DNA from: Felis catus
Lineage: Eukaryota
DNA length: 64,000 bases
Direction of reading: 5' to 3'
NCBI RefSeq assembly: GCF_018350175.1
Contig: NC_058373.1
Coordinates: 109,804,001-109,868,000, forward strand
The translations under genes were made by a program, and so were the position numbers. This document shows positions 35,986 through 48,819 of the stretch, piece after piece. The notes under the pieces are model-generated. The model was given only the letters and a program-made list of their open reading frames with translations, was not told the DNA's origin and searched no databases. How positions within the stretch are numbered: the first letter of the stretch is position 1; the number at the start of each line of letters is the position of its first letter.

Positions 35986-36195
35986 GTTTTTTTTTTTAGT
36001 TTATTTATTTATTTATTTTGAGAGAGAGAGTGAGAGTGGGGGAGGGGCAGAGAGAGAGGGAGAGAGAATCCCAAGCAGTGTCTGCACTGGCAGTGCAGGG
36101 CCCAGTGCGGGGCTTTTGAACTCACAAATGGTGAGATCATGACCTGAGCCGAAATCGAGTTGAATGCATAACCAACTGAGCCACCCAGGTACCCA
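35986..36195 (-). mobile_element. Can-SINE
   Basis: TSD atatattatctg. Confidence 0.9.
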
Positions 36196-36350
36196 ATATA
36201 TTATCTGTTTTTGGTAAATATACAGGAACATACTTTTCTTTCTTTTGCTTTTTTTTTTTGCAACTTGGAAATAGGTTGGAGTTATTCCACATTAGTATGT
36301 ATATAGTTGTCACCTTTTTTTGTTTTTGGCTACATAAAATAGTCCTTTGG

Positions 36351-36546
36351 AATAATGTGTGTGTGTATATATATATATATGTATATATATATTCATTATT
36401 ATTCATTATATATGTATATATATTCATTAGAATAATGTGTGTGTATATATATATGTATATATATATTCATTATGTGTAAGTGAATTACGTGTGTGTATAT
36501 ATATATATGTGTGTGTGTGTATATATATATTCATTATGTGTAAGTG
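36351..36546 (+). repeat. Compound (TG)n(TA)n-ttcatta minisatellite, about 3-4 units
   Basis: Repeating unit aataatgtgtgtgtatatatat...ttcattat. Confidence 0.85.
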
Positions 36547-36965
36547 ACAGAAAGGGTTAATATGCAAAGAGCACTCTTTTGTCAGTAAGACAAAAGCCTA
36601 AAATAAAATGGACAAAGACGTGAATATATAACACATTCGGGAAAAGGCTTAAACTTATAAATAAATAAATGCAAAATAAAACAATAAAATTAATTTTAAG
36701 AATAAAGCACTTTTTTACTCAGAGTGAAATATGGAAAAGTTCAATAATATCCAGCCAGTATTGATGATGAATAGGGAAGCAGGTACTCTTATATACCACT
36801 AATGGCATTATCAGTTAATATAACCTTATCTCGAGGCCAGTTTGACATCTGTCATCACAAAGAAATCCACAGAGGTTTATTCATCAATTCCACTTCATAT
36901 AAATGTATAAAAATGTATATATAAGGATGGTCACTGTATCACTAATTTTTAAAAACCTGACAATA

Positions 36966-37216
36966 GGGGCGCCTGGGTGGCGCAGTCGGTTAAGCGTCCG
37001 ACTTCAGCCAGGTCACGATCTCGCGGTCCGCGAGTTCGAGCCCCGCGTCGGGCTCTGGGCTGATGGCTCAGAGCCTGGAGCCTGCTTCCGATTCTATGTT
37101 TCCCTCTTTCTCTGCCCCTCCCCCGTTCGTGCTGTGTCTCTTTCTGTCTCAAAAATAAATAAATGTTAAAAGAAAAAAATTTATAAAAATAAAAAAATAA
37201 AAATAAAAAAATAAAT
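36966..37216 (+). mobile_element. Young SINEC_Fc
   Basis: Perfect TSD aaaaacctgacaata at 36951-36965 and 37217-37231. Confidence 0.96.
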
Positions 37217-37819
37217 AAAAACCTGACAATATCTCAAATGTACAAACAGAATTATTAGTTAAATTATGCTTCAAGAATATAATACATAGTCATTAAAATT
37301 AAGTAGGTCCTTCATTATATACATTTTTTAATGAAAACTGTACAGACCGTATATGCAGCTCATTTTTATTTAACTTTGAAAAGGAAATATATGCTAGTGT
37401 ATACATTTTTAAAAATCTGAAGAAGGATTGGTCAATAATAGTTACCTCTGAGCAGTGAGAGCCTTTAGAGTTATTTTTCTTTTATATCTGTTTTGTTTTA
37501 ATTTTTTATGTAACCATGAGCAAGTTTTATTCATTCATGATAAAGTTATTAAAATGTCAGTACACTGAAATAGCTGCATAAAATGGCTACTTTAAATGTC
37601 ATACCCGCCTCAGAAAGCTTTGCTGCAATCCCTTTTTTAAAAAAGCAGCCTTCAAGCTCTGAGAACTGTCTCTCTATACAGATTGCAATAGCACATGAAA
37701 ACTTGCCGGTCCATATATTGACTGTCAGGGTAGATTAGACTCCATCGTTTAAGGAAAATTAAAGAGTAACGACCAAATCTTGTTAATATTTATTTGTAAA
37801 TTTAAAAAGATTCTCGTCT

Positions 37820-38270
37820 GGGGCACCCGGGTGGCTCAGTCAGTTAAACGTCCAACTCTTGAATTCGGCCCAGTTCATGATCGCAGGATCGTGGGATTGA
37901 GCCCCACTCAGGCTTTGCACTGAGCGTGGAACCTGCTAAAGATTCTTTCCTCTTCCCCCTCTTGTCTTCCCTCTCCCCCACTGATGCACACACTGTCTCT
38001 CTTTCTTTTTTTTTTCAACGTTTTTTTTATTTATTTTTGGGACAGAGAGAGACAGAGCATGACCGGGGGAGGGGCAGAGAGAGAGGGAGACACAGAATCG
38101 GAAACAGGCTCCAGGCTCTGAGCCATCAGCCCAGAGCCTGACGCGGGGCTCGAACTCCCGGACCCCGAGATCGTGACCTGGCTGAAGTCGGACGCTTAAC
38201 CGACTGCGCCACCCAGGCGCCCCTGTCTCTCTTTCTTTAAGATAAAAATAAATAAAAAATAAAAAGATTT
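37820..38270 (+). mobile_element. Older Can-SINE hosting an antisense young SINE
   Basis: Head at 37820; tail resumes at 38223-38265. Confidence 0.85.
38009..38223 (-). mobile_element. Young SINEC_Fc
   Basis: TSD ctgtctctctttcttt at 37993-38008 and 38223-38238. Confidence 0.96.
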
Positions 38271-38405
38271 TCATCAAAAAAAGCTTTTTTTTAACACTCA
38301 GCTGATTTTTGAAAAGCTAATCAAGTGGTTCATCTCAAAGCATTCTGGTTAATTTTAATTGACATTTAGCTATAAATCAATACACTTTAAAGTAGAGATA
38401 ATATT

Positions 38406-38636
38406 GGGGTGCCTGGGTGGCGCAGTCGGTTAAGCGTCCGACTTCAGCCAGGTCACGATCTCGCGGTCCGTGAGTTCGAGCCCCGCGTCGGGCTCTGGGC
38501 TGATGGCTCAGAGCCTGGAGCCTGTTTCTGATTCTGTGTCTCCTTCTCTCTCTGCCCCTCCCCCGTTCATGCTCTGTCTCTCTCTGTCCCAAAAATAAAT
38601 AAACGTTGAAAAAAAAATTAAAAATAAATAAAAAAT
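38406..38636 (+). mobile_element. Young SINEC_Fc
   Basis: TSD aaagtagagataatatt at 38389-38405 and 38637-38653. Confidence 0.96.
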
Positions 38637-39889
38637 AAAGTAGAGATAATATTAAAATGTGCAAATTACTCTGATTAGTTTGGGACTTCTGTATCAAGGA
38701 CAGTGAAAGTAAGTTGTTAATGTTACTTCTTGATTTTCTAAACCTCCAATATATTGTTTTAAATAGCTGCAAAGAAATAGAGAAGTTCTTTCTCTGGAAA
38801 AGAAAAAAACAACTGTTTTACCCTTACGTGTTTACACATATTACTAAGTTTTCAAAATATTGATGTAATTTTGATTCTAGTAAGAACCCACTCTTCATAA
38901 AAATATTCAGACTACCATCCTAGAAACACTACATACAGAAATAGAACAAAATCTTTTTAAGAAATACCAGCCTGTATCCTCAGAATTTGTATTGAACACT
39001 TACGTGAAACATTTATATATTGAGAACCTTGAAAAAAGTAGCATATGTAGGTTAAGTTTTCACCAATATTACTAATGATATATTTGCTAGGTAAATAATG
39101 TTGGAAATTACCAGTAATGCATTAGTCATGCTCTCTTTTGGACATGGGAGAGAGATATGTGTAAGTCTGGCAATGAAGATTAATTTTCAATCTGGTAATA
39201 TAGAGTAGCCTTTTATACTTGGAACTGATAATTATTAACAATTGGGAAGTATTCATCCTCTTGTTATTGTTTTAGACCTATAAAAATGTTTCCTACCTCT
39301 GCTCAGTCCTAAATCCTTAACCAGATGAGATTTTTTTATTGGGAGTCTTAAGCTCCAATAGCAGAAGAGAGATATGTACTGCTTTCCAATTGTTTTATAG
39401 TTTTATAATTCTTAGGGTACTGATTTGTGGGATTTTTTTCCCCTGCAATAGAAATGTCTTTAAAGTGAAGCATTTTAGTTCAGGACTTGAAGGAAAGTTT
39501 GCATAGCAGAAAATAAAATGCTGATTTGAAGAATTTGGATAAATGTAGGCAGAAGTCAGAAATTTCAGTTTGTTCAATTTACTCTAGAAGAAACTGAAGT
39601 TACTAAATACATGTTATTGAATGCATTAGAAGTAGGTTTATATGAACTTTTGTAAACATTCTTCCTTTCTCTTTTCTTTCAAACCTAACTATACTTATAA
39701 GGAGTATTATTTCTGAGGCAGGAGAAATTATTGTTTTGTATTTACATTTTTTGATAAAATACTATCAATTTAAGTGTTGATAAATGTTTGAAGGTTATTT
39801 GAAACACGGTAGTTAATGCTATTGCACAATTATTAGTAAACATTAGTGATACGTGATTTTCATTGTACTAATTGAAATGTAGATTTTTT

Positions 39890-39994
39890 AAAAGATTTTC
39901 TTTTTAAGTAATGTCTACACCCAGCATGGTGCTCACATTTACAACCATGACGTTGAGTTGTGTGTTCTACCAACAGAGCCAGCCAGGTGCCTCC
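39890..39994 (-). mobile_element. Short-form Can-SINE
   Basis: TSD aaatgtagatt. Confidence 0.8.
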
Positions 39995-40778
39995 AAAATG
40001 TAGATTCAAAAAAGAAACAATGATGCGCCTGCATTTTACTGGTAGCAATGAATTTAAGACACTGGAAAAATTTTAAATGAATTATAAATATGTCAAAGAC
40101 ATGAATTTAAAGCATTCATAAACACTGTCAGCCATTTCAGGGTTACATGATAATCTGAAACACAGATTAGAGATTCATAGAAGTAACAAGACACGGCAAA
40201 GATCTGAAGGAGCAACAACGATGGCACTCTTAAGGTCATTCTAAAAATGCTTTGAAATTGGTGGTGCAGCCACCCATAGTGTAATTTTTATTAGAAATCT
40301 TGATCACTAAAGGACGTTTCCAGTTTTCTTTGAAAAAACACTGAAAAATGAATGTTCTTGGACAGTTTTGCAAATGTGAATCACACAGTTATCGATCCAC
40401 ATTGTGGGGTTCTGTCTTAGACCTTCTTTCCTGGCACACCTAGGGTTGGCAGATGTAAGGTTGCTGTTTCTAGCCTCATGCCCATAGCACAGATGGACCA
40501 GTGAAGTAACCAGGACCAAATCACCGTCAACAGAGAAAGTAAGAGAGCCTTGGATTAGCGGGTACAGGTGCAGCTGAGTCAACTCTATGACAATGCTGGC
40601 TAGATAATCTGTTGTCTGACACTAGGTTATTCTATGAAGAAGCCAGATTTTAATTACATTAGGTAAAGACCTTAGATAATCACAAGACTGAAAGGCAGAA
40701 CTTGGCAAGAGAAACATGCTTTTTAGATGGATCTTTTTAAAGGATCTGATTATTTTGAAATGCAGTAGGGTGTTCAAT

Positions 40779-40955
40779 TTTTAAAAAATGTTTATTTATT
40801 TTTGAGAGAGAGAGAGGGAGACACAGAATCTGAAGCAGGTTCCAGGCTCTGAGCTGTCAGCACAGAGCCCAATGTGGGGCTCAGACTCATGAGCTGTGAG
40901 GTCATGACCTGAGCTGAAGTTGGACACTTAACCGATTGAGCCACCCAGGAGCTCC
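40779..40955 (-). mobile_element. Can-SINE
   Basis: Reverse head and tail. Confidence 0.9.
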
Positions 40956-41429
40956 AGTATAATGTTTAATAGAACAATAAAATGGATACACAAATAAACT
41001 GCTGTAAAAAGGAAGACTTTTGGTAGGACATGCTGTAAATGGGTAGCGAGTCAAAAATTCAAAACTGTTCCTTATAGATGAATCTGTCAAAAATTATTGT
41101 ATGCATGAGGGTGCCTGGGTGGCCCAGTCGGTGCCTGAGACTTCTGAGTTCAAGCCATGGGGAGTTAGGGAGAGGAAGTTCTCTTACTTGTGAGGATTGC
41201 TGGCCCCCAATGTGAATAATCATCTTTCCTGTAGCTCAGAGCTTGCTTGCTTTTTTTCTCCAGAGCTTTCTCAATAGACCACAGCTGGCCAATAGACCAC
41301 AATATTCTTAAAAGACTTTTTTGGCTCTAACCCCTTGAAAGGGTTTGGCGGTACAGAATCTAGGTCAGGCAGACCCAGTGCACTAGTAACTTAATAAGTA
41401 TGTGGCTTCTTTAACGAGAAAATGCTGTT

Positions 41430-41612
41430 TAATACAACCACTGGAGTGTGCATCCAAATTACCTCGTGGGCTTGTTAAACAAATTGTTAGGTCCTGATCC
41501 CCCAGTTTTTGATTCAGAAAGTCTGAGATGGGACCCAGGAATTTGCTTTTCTACCAAGTTCCTAGGTGATGCTGATGCTGCTGGTCAGGGGACTGCACGT
41601 TGAGAATCACAG
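41430..41612. mobile_element. MER5A hAT MITE
   Basis: gattcagaaagtctg...caagttcctaggtgatgctgatgctgctggtc...ttgagaatcac. Confidence 0.85.
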
Positions 41613-42123
41613 TTCAGGTAACTGAGCTGAACCCTTTGATGTGGTTCCCTAATGTTTCTGTTTGACAAATGTAAGCTTAATGATTAATGGCACAAAGTAG
41701 TGTTTAAGATCAGGTGCTACGAAACCATTTGATGGCTATTGTTAGCTTTCGATTTTACATTCTTACTCAGATACAATCTAATCTTAGATATCATGTAGAT
41801 TTAAAAAACCCCGCACGTAATAAAATCAGTTCTAGCACATACTATCTACCAATTTCACAAGTCTGTAAACCCCAGAAATGTATTTACTGCCTCATTTCCC
41901 AGTTCCTTTTTTTCCCTTTCAAATAATTAAATCATTGAATCATTTATTAAAATCTCACTACTTGCCCCTACCACATATCCACATATCCACTGTTGATCTC
42001 TGTTCTTCTGGCAACTCTCTCCTCCTTTCCAGTCTGCATTTTAGTGTTTCTTTCATTGGCTTCCTATCTTCTACCTCCTCTCTCCATTGCCCTTGGCAGA
42101 CACATTAATTGACCACAGCATTC

Positions 42124-42790
42124 TGTTAAAAAATGGTGTCCAAAGTGGTGTCACTTAGACCAGGTTCCCAAACCAATGCTTAATAGCAAGTCTAATTTCA
42201 GTTTGAGTGTCCCCCAGAAATGTGGCCTTAAGCAGTCAGTCAGGAAATTTTTATTTATATCAGCACCAGTGAGTCTGTCACCTGGGTCCTCCCCGTCCCC
42301 CGAAGAAAGATGAGGTAATCTGCATAAGAAGCCTTGCTTTTTCTCCTAGCAAACAGCCTCCTCCGGAACGTCCTTTTCTTTTGCTGATTGCTTTCTTGCC
42401 CCCACCCTCCGTCTATAAAAACCGTCTACTTTGGGGCGCCTGGGTGGCGCAGTCGGTTAAGCGTCCGACTTCAGCCAGGTCACGATCTCGCGGTCCGTGA
42501 GTTCGAGCCCCGCGTCGGGCTCTGGGCTGATGGCTCGGAGCCTGGAGCCTGTTTCCGATTCTGTGTCTCCCTCTCTCTCTGCCCCTCCCCCGTTCATGCT
42601 CTGTCTCTCTCTGTCCCAAAAATAAATAAACGTTGAAAAAAAAAGTTAAAAAAAAAAAAAAAACGTCTACTTTGTGTAACTCCTTGGAGTACCTCTCTAC
42701 TTGCTAAATGGGGCACTGCCCAATTCATGAATCATTTAATAAAGCCAATGAGATCTTCAAGTTTACTTAATTGAATTTTGTTATTTAACA
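42124..42790 (+). mobile_element. Solo ERV1-class LTR (MER34-like/carnivore LTR) with an inserted SINE
   Basis: TGTTAA...TTAACA termini, tataaaa at ~42414, aataaa at ~42738. Confidence 0.7.
42433..42658 (+). mobile_element. Young SINEC_Fc
   Basis: TSD aaaac(c)gtctacttt; near-consensus and CpG-rich. Confidence 0.96.
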
Positions 42791-43489
42791 GCTCCTATCA
42801 ACAGAATTTAAGTAATTCTTCACAACATAGCTTCTGCAAAATACTTCGTTGATTGGCATTTGTCCTTGAGATGAAATATATGTTGTGAAGATTGTTCCAG
42901 AAGCAATTTTGTCTATTTCCATGGCTCTAGGTTTCACTGGATCAAACATGATCTGTAACCCACTACTTCTAGACATTGTTAAATGAGATAATTAATTTTA
43001 TTTTTAAAACCTATTTTGAGCAAGGTTTCTGTTACTTCTGTTCATATACTTCAAGTTCTATATTGTGTTCATACATTTCCTTGAATACATATTTAGTGAA
43101 TTAGTAATAATAAACTCCAAAGATTATTGATATCTAAAATATGTTAATTAGTCCTGCCTCTTTTACAGTTCATTTGCAAGATGTTATTTTGCAATATATT
43201 CTTGGGTTTGAACTGATAAAACATTGATAATTAGTTGGAATTCATATTTGAGGCTTAATGTCTTATCAATGTTATTTGGAATAAAAAAAGCTTGTAATAG
43301 CCCAATTGTAATAGCCCAAATGTAGTCTCCAATTGATTTAATATGGTTAGGTACAGTATATAGTCCTCACAAGCAATAAAACATTGTCTCATTTTAGCCA
43401 AAGCATAGTGGAACGGTAGCAAAGGAAAAGAGTAAGGACTACAAAAAATTATTGGCCATGAAGAACAATATTATCAGATCTGTTATCTT

Positions 43490-43695
43490 TTACTTATTTA
43501 TTTACTTATTTTAGAGAGAGAGAGGGACAGAGAGTGAGCAGGGGAGGGTAAGAGAGAGGGAGATAGAATCTGAAGCAGGCTCCAGGCTCTGAGCTGTCAG
43601 CACCGAGCCTGATGCGGGCTCAAACTCACAAATGCCGCGAGGTCATGACCTGAGCTAAAGTTGGACGCTTAACCAACTGAGCCACCCAGGCGCCA
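43490..43695 (-). mobile_element. Can-SINE
   Basis: TSD ctgttatctttt. Confidence 0.9.
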
Positions 43696-43770
43696 CTGGA
43701 CCTGTTATCTTTTAATTGTTGCTATTAATTTTATTGAAATAAATCATACATTTTTATTTAAATATAGCAA

Positions 43771-43996
43771 TTTTTTTTAAATTTTTTTTTTCAACGTTTT
43801 ATTTTATTTTTGGGACAGAGAGAGACAGAGCATGAACGGGGGAGGGGCAGAGAGAGAGGGAGACACAGAATCGGAAACAGGCTCCAGGCTCTGAGCCATC
43901 AGCCCAGAGCCTGACGCGGGGCTCGAACTCACGGACCGCGAGATCATGACCTGGCTGAAGTCGGACGCTTAACCGACTGCGCCACCCAGGCGCCCC
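43771..43996 (-). mobile_element. Young SINEC_Fc
   Basis: Near-identical reverse complement of the copies at 14469 and 42433. Confidence 0.95.
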
Positions 43997-44050
43997 GCAA
44001 AAATTGTTTTAATGTAAAAATTAATGTAAATAGCAATAAACATCCATTTT

Positions 44051-45494
44051 ATTTTTTTTTTTAGGTTTCATTTCTCTGAGCTTTTATTTTTTTATTTATT
44101 TTTTCAATATATGAAATTTATTGTCAAATTGGTTTCCATACAACACCCAGTGCTCATCCCAAAAGGTGCCCTCCTCAATACCTATCACCCACCCTCCCCT
44201 CCCTCCCACCCCCCATCAACCCTCAGTTTGTTCTCAGTTTTTAAGAGTCTCTTATGCTTTGGCTCTCTCCCACTCTAACCTCCTTTTTTTTTTTTCCCCC
44301 TTCCCCTCCCCCATGGGTTTCTGTTAAGTTTCTCAGGATCCACATAAGAGTGAAAACATATGGTATCTGTCTTTCTCTGTATGGCTTATTTCACTTAGCA
44401 TAACACTCTCCAGTTCCATCCACGTTGCTACAAAGGGCCATATTTCGTTCTTTCTCATTGCCCTGTAGTACTCCATTGTGTATATAAACCACAATTTCTT
44501 TATCCATTCATCAGTTGATGGACATTTAGGCTCTTTCCATAATTTGGCTATTGTTGAGAGTGCTGCTATAAACATTGGGGTACAAGTGCCCCTATGCATC
44601 AGTACTCCTGTATCCCTTGGGTAAATTCCTAGCAGTGCTATTGCTGGGTCATAGAGTAGGTCTATTTTTAATTTTCTGAGGAACCTCCACACTGCTTTCC
44701 AGAGTAGCTGCACCAATTTGCATTCCCACCAACAGTGCAAGAGGGTTCCCGTTTCTCCACATCCTCTCCAGCATCTATAGTCTCCTGATTTGTTCATGTT
44801 AGCCACTCTGACTGGCGTGCGGTGGTATCTGAGTGTGGTTTTGATTTGTATTTCCCTGATGAGGAGTGACATTGAGCATCTTTTCATGTGCCTGTTGGCC
44901 ATCCGGATGTCTTCTTTAGAGAAGTGTCTATTCATGTTTTCTGCCCATTTCTTCACTGGGTTATTTGTTTTTCGGGTGTGGAGTTTGGTGAGCTCTTTAG
45001 AGATTTTGGATACTAGCCCTTTGTCCGATATGTCATTTGCAAATATCTTTTCCCATTCTGTTGGCTGCCTTTTAGTTTTGTTGATTGTTTCCTTTGCTGT
45101 GCAGAAGCTTTTTATCTTCATAAGGTCCCAATAGTTCATTTTTGATTTTAATTCCCTTGCCTTTGGGGATGTGTCGAGTAAGAGATTGCTACGGCTGAGG
45201 TCAGAGAGGTCTTTTCCTGCTTTCTCCTCTAGAGTTTTGATGGTTTCCTATCTCACATTCAGGTCCTTTATCCATTTTGAGTTTATTTTTGTGAATGGTG
45301 TGCGAAAGTGGTCTAGTTTCAACCTTCTGCATGTTGCTGTCCAGTTCTCCCAGCACCATTTGTTAAAGAGACTCTCTTTTTTCCATTGGATGTTCTTTCC
45401 TGCTTTGTCAAAGATTAGTTGGCCATACGTTTGTGGGTCTAGTTCTGGGGTTTCTATTCTATTCTATTGGTCTATGTGTCTGTTTTTGTGCCAT
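44051..45494 (-). mobile_element. Young 5'-truncated felid L1 (ORF2 C-terminus plus 3'UTR)
   Basis: ORF 44333-45139 is the L1 ORF2 C-terminal region ([22 protein letters not shown]ys-rich motif). The upstream frame has TAG stops at 45248-45250 and 45464-45466. Perfect 16-bp TSD aataaacatccatttt at 44035-44050 and 45495-45510; TTTT/AA endonuclease site. Confidence 0.97.
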
Positions 45495-45982
45495 AATAAA
45501 CATCCATTTTAAATGATAGTTACAAAATGTTCAGTATAGCACTTTTTAACATTCTAGTATAAATTGCTGAAGGTATAAACAGGCAAGGAGCCAAAATAGA
45601 TGATTAAGATGATGAGATGATAAGAGATCCAACTTAAAATTATTTGCAGAGGTGGTTTTAAAGGTCTTGTTCTATCTTTTTACAATCCCAGGTGATTTTT
45701 TTGATATGAGAGAATTTGAAATCTAATACGATTGTGACAAAGAATACATTCTGATGAAAGTAACAACTTTCTCTTTGGATCTGAACTATTAAAAAAAAAA
45801 CCTGGTTTTATATTTAAAAACTATTTTGCATGTAAGAGCTCTTTAAATCTCTGTGGGAAAAGGAAACAAATGATGTTGGGGTGAGGACAGGATATTGTCT
45901 TACTTACTCATTTCTTATTGGCTCCCAGCCTATGTGTAGTTATGTGCAATTACAAGACACAAGAATCTTCAGAGTAGCATTG

Positions 45983-46416
45983 TTTTTAATTTTTTTTTAA
46001 CGTTTATTTATTTTTGAGAGAGAGAGAGAGACAGAGCATGAGTGAGAGAGAGGGAGACACAGAATATGAAGCAGGCTCCAGGCTCTGAGCTATCAGCACA
46101 GAGCCCGATGCAGGGGCTCAAACTCAGGAGCCATGAGATTATGGCCTGAGCTGAAATTGGACACTTAACCGACCTAGCCACCCAGGCACCCTGTTTTTAA
46201 TGTTTAATTATTCATTTTGAGAGAGAGCGAGTGACAGAGAGAGAGGGCACGCAATTGGGGGAGGGGCAGAGAGAGGCGGGGAGAGAGAATTCCAAGCAGG
46301 CTCCACACTGTTAGTGCGGAGTCCGACCCGGGGCTTGAACTCACTAACCGTGAGATCAAGACCCAAGCCAAAACGAAGAGTCAGACGCTTAACTGACACA
46401 GCCACCCAGGCACCCT
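45983..46416 (-). mobile_element. Two tandem Can-SINEs
   Basis: tcagagtagcattg duplicated around the pair. Confidence 0.9.
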
Positions 46417-46544
46417 CAGAGTAGCATTGATATAGCAAAAAATTAGCGGCAATCTGAAAGTCCATTAATGGAATAATAGTTAAGTAAACTGTGATAGTTT
46501 TATATAATTGTACCATACAGCACTATAAAATAATAAAGCAGATC

Positions 46545-47196
46545 CATTCAGTCAAATATGTCTTGAGTCCCTACTAAATCTAGGTGCTGGGAATAAAGCA
46601 CAGAATATAGTAGATATGGTCCCGGCCTTCATGGAGCTTCAATGCTAGTGAGGAAAGAATATAAAAAGCAAACAAGTAAGATCATTTCAGTGCTATGAAC
46701 AATATACTACAAGATAATGTGATAAAACCATACAGGAGATGGGGAGTCCATTAGATATTATGACCAGGGAAAGCTTCACTGAGAGGATGCTATTTAAGCC
46801 AAGATGTGAATATTGAGGGGGAGCCATCCATAGGAAGAGGTAGAGGGAGTGTTCCAGTCAAGGGAGGTGGCAGTGGCAAAGTTTGTGATGCTTGGTTAGA
46901 GAAATAGGCCGTTGTGATTGGAATAGAGTTATATCTTTTTTTAATGTTTATTTTTGAGAGAGACCGAGAGCGAGTGGGGGAGGGGCAGAGAGAGAGAGGT
47001 TGAGAGGGAGACACAAGATCCGAAGCAGGCTCCAGGCTCTGAACCGTCAGCACAGACCTGACCTAGGCCGGAATCAGACACTTAACCAACTGAGACACCC
47101 AGGTGCCCCTGGAATAGAGTTTTAAGTCAGAGTGAGGTAGGGGCCAGATGATGTAGGGCCTTGAAGACATTCTTAAGGTGTTTGGATTTAATTTCA
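46545..47196 (-). mobile_element. L2a-like 3' region with an inserted SINE (46936-47109)
   Basis: cattcagtcaaatat...ccttcatggagctt...agggaaagcttcactgag...gggccagatgatgtagggccttg. Confidence 0.75.
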
Positions 47197-47200
47197 GTTA

Positions 47201-47692
47201 CAGATCTTCCTCCACTTAACACGGGTTTATGTCCTGGTAAACCCATTGTTAAGTTGAAAATACCTAAGTCAAAATGCATTTAATACTCCTAATCCACTGA
47301 ACACAGTTTAGCCTAGCCTACCCTCAATGTGCTCAGAACATGTTAGTCTACAGTTGGGCAAAATCATCCAACACAAAGCCTATGTTATAATAAAGTGTTG
47401 AATATCTCATGTAATACACTGATTACTGTACTGAAAGTGAAAACCAGAATGGTCGTATGGGTGCCGAATGGTTACGAGTGAATCGGTTGTTTACCCACGT
47501 AATCACGTGGCTGGCTGGGAGCTGTGGCTCACTGCCACTGCCCAGCATCACAAGAGTATTGTACCACATATCGCTAGCTCAGAAAAGATCGGAATGCAAA
47601 ATTCCATATACAGTTTCTAGTGAAGAAGTATCACTTTTGCACCGTCATAAAGTTGAGAAGTGGTAAGTAAAACGATCATAAGAAACCATCTG
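47201..47692 (+). mobile_element. Tigger5/MER47-like DNA transposon
   Basis: cagat...ccatctg ends; tagcctagcctacc, tacagttgggcaaaatcatc. Confidence 0.85.
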
Positions 47693-48819
47693 AATGACAT
47701 TCAAGAATAACCTCATGTTTTCTAATAGAACTTATGAAATATTTTTTTAAAATGCCTTTCTGCTGTAAGCATTATTGAATTTTAGAAATGTTCTAGTGAA
47801 CATTTATGTTCGGCTTTATTTTTAAAAAATATTTATAACTTGATACGGTGCTCTACAGTTTTAAAATGTTTTATATTATAAGGGTCTTATTTTCAGAAAT
47901 ACAGCTTAAATCTTCAGGGTTCATACCAGGTTCATGCTTGTAATAAAGTAGTTTCACCTTATGCAGCATTCTCTTCTGTTTGTTTTAGTTCTGAATGAGA
48001 TTCTTAGACTTTCTTCTTTCTTTCTTTCTTTTTTTTTTTTTTTTTTTTTTTGACTTGTTACTTTAACATGTATTGGTTAAAAAATAAATAAATAAAGGGG
48101 GAGGGAGAAGTTTTCAACGTCATTTCAGGATAACTATTTCCTGGTATAAAAAGACATTGTTCTCAAACAATAACTTTCTAAAAAAAAAAAGTACATCATG
48201 CAAAGTTTTAAAAAGTTTCACTGAATGTTTCAAAACTCTGGGAACAGATTGTATAGTAACCATTTTGACCAGTTTTTGCCGAAGAAACACAAAACCTTGC
48301 AAGTCAACTCAAAGGCAGGCTTTGTGGCAAAGGCCTGCTGACCACAGCCCAGACTTTCTTCTTTCTTTTTCATTTACACATCCATCCCCATGGCTAGCAA
48401 CATTTGTTCAACGAGTTACAGAATTCCTGAGGTTATTGGTGTCTACCTGTCTCCCTCTACTTTTATTTTTTAGCAAAGAACTATGTTTAGGGTGATTACG
48501 ATTCAGAACTATTTGAAGAGTATGTTGAATTAGGTAATACTTAGCAGTCACTTTAAACCTTGTAATTCAAATCAATGTTATTACTCTCCTAAAGCAATTA
48601 ACTCATTGTTTCTTTTTGGAGAAACTTGTAACTTTCTTAAGGGAGTATATACAAACTTTTTGTGGACAGGACAAGATATGCTCCCTCAACTCTATTTCCT
48701 CAACAAAAACGGACTAAAATTCTTTTTTTTTCCATTAAATTTCAGTATTCTAATACAAACAATAGAAATATTCCTTTTGTTTTTACTCGGTCTACAACAG
48801 TTTAATAAACTTTTAATGT

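Larger units (their letters stand above)
34320..37470 (+). mobile_element. Ancient L1 (L1M-type) fragments interleaved with L2, another L1 3' end and SINEs
   Basis: ORF2-like A-rich remnants (gatcaatagctttcc, tatgggaatttagtacaagataaag, caattccacttc) and an L1MB/MC-like 3' end at ~34950-35265. Confidence 0.5.

Noticed and set aside
36351..36546. Repeat-spacer-like periodicity
   Set aside because: Simple compound TG/TA slippage array in a mammalian genome; not CRISPR-like.
44333..45139. 268-aa ORF as a functional host gene or active L1
   Set aside because: It is the ORF2 C-terminus of a 1.4-kb 5'-truncated L1 with two upstream in-frame stops and no promoter, endonuclease or RT domain.
44790..45512. 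Plus-strand 113-114 aa ORFs
   Set aside because: Antisense frames of L1 ORF2.
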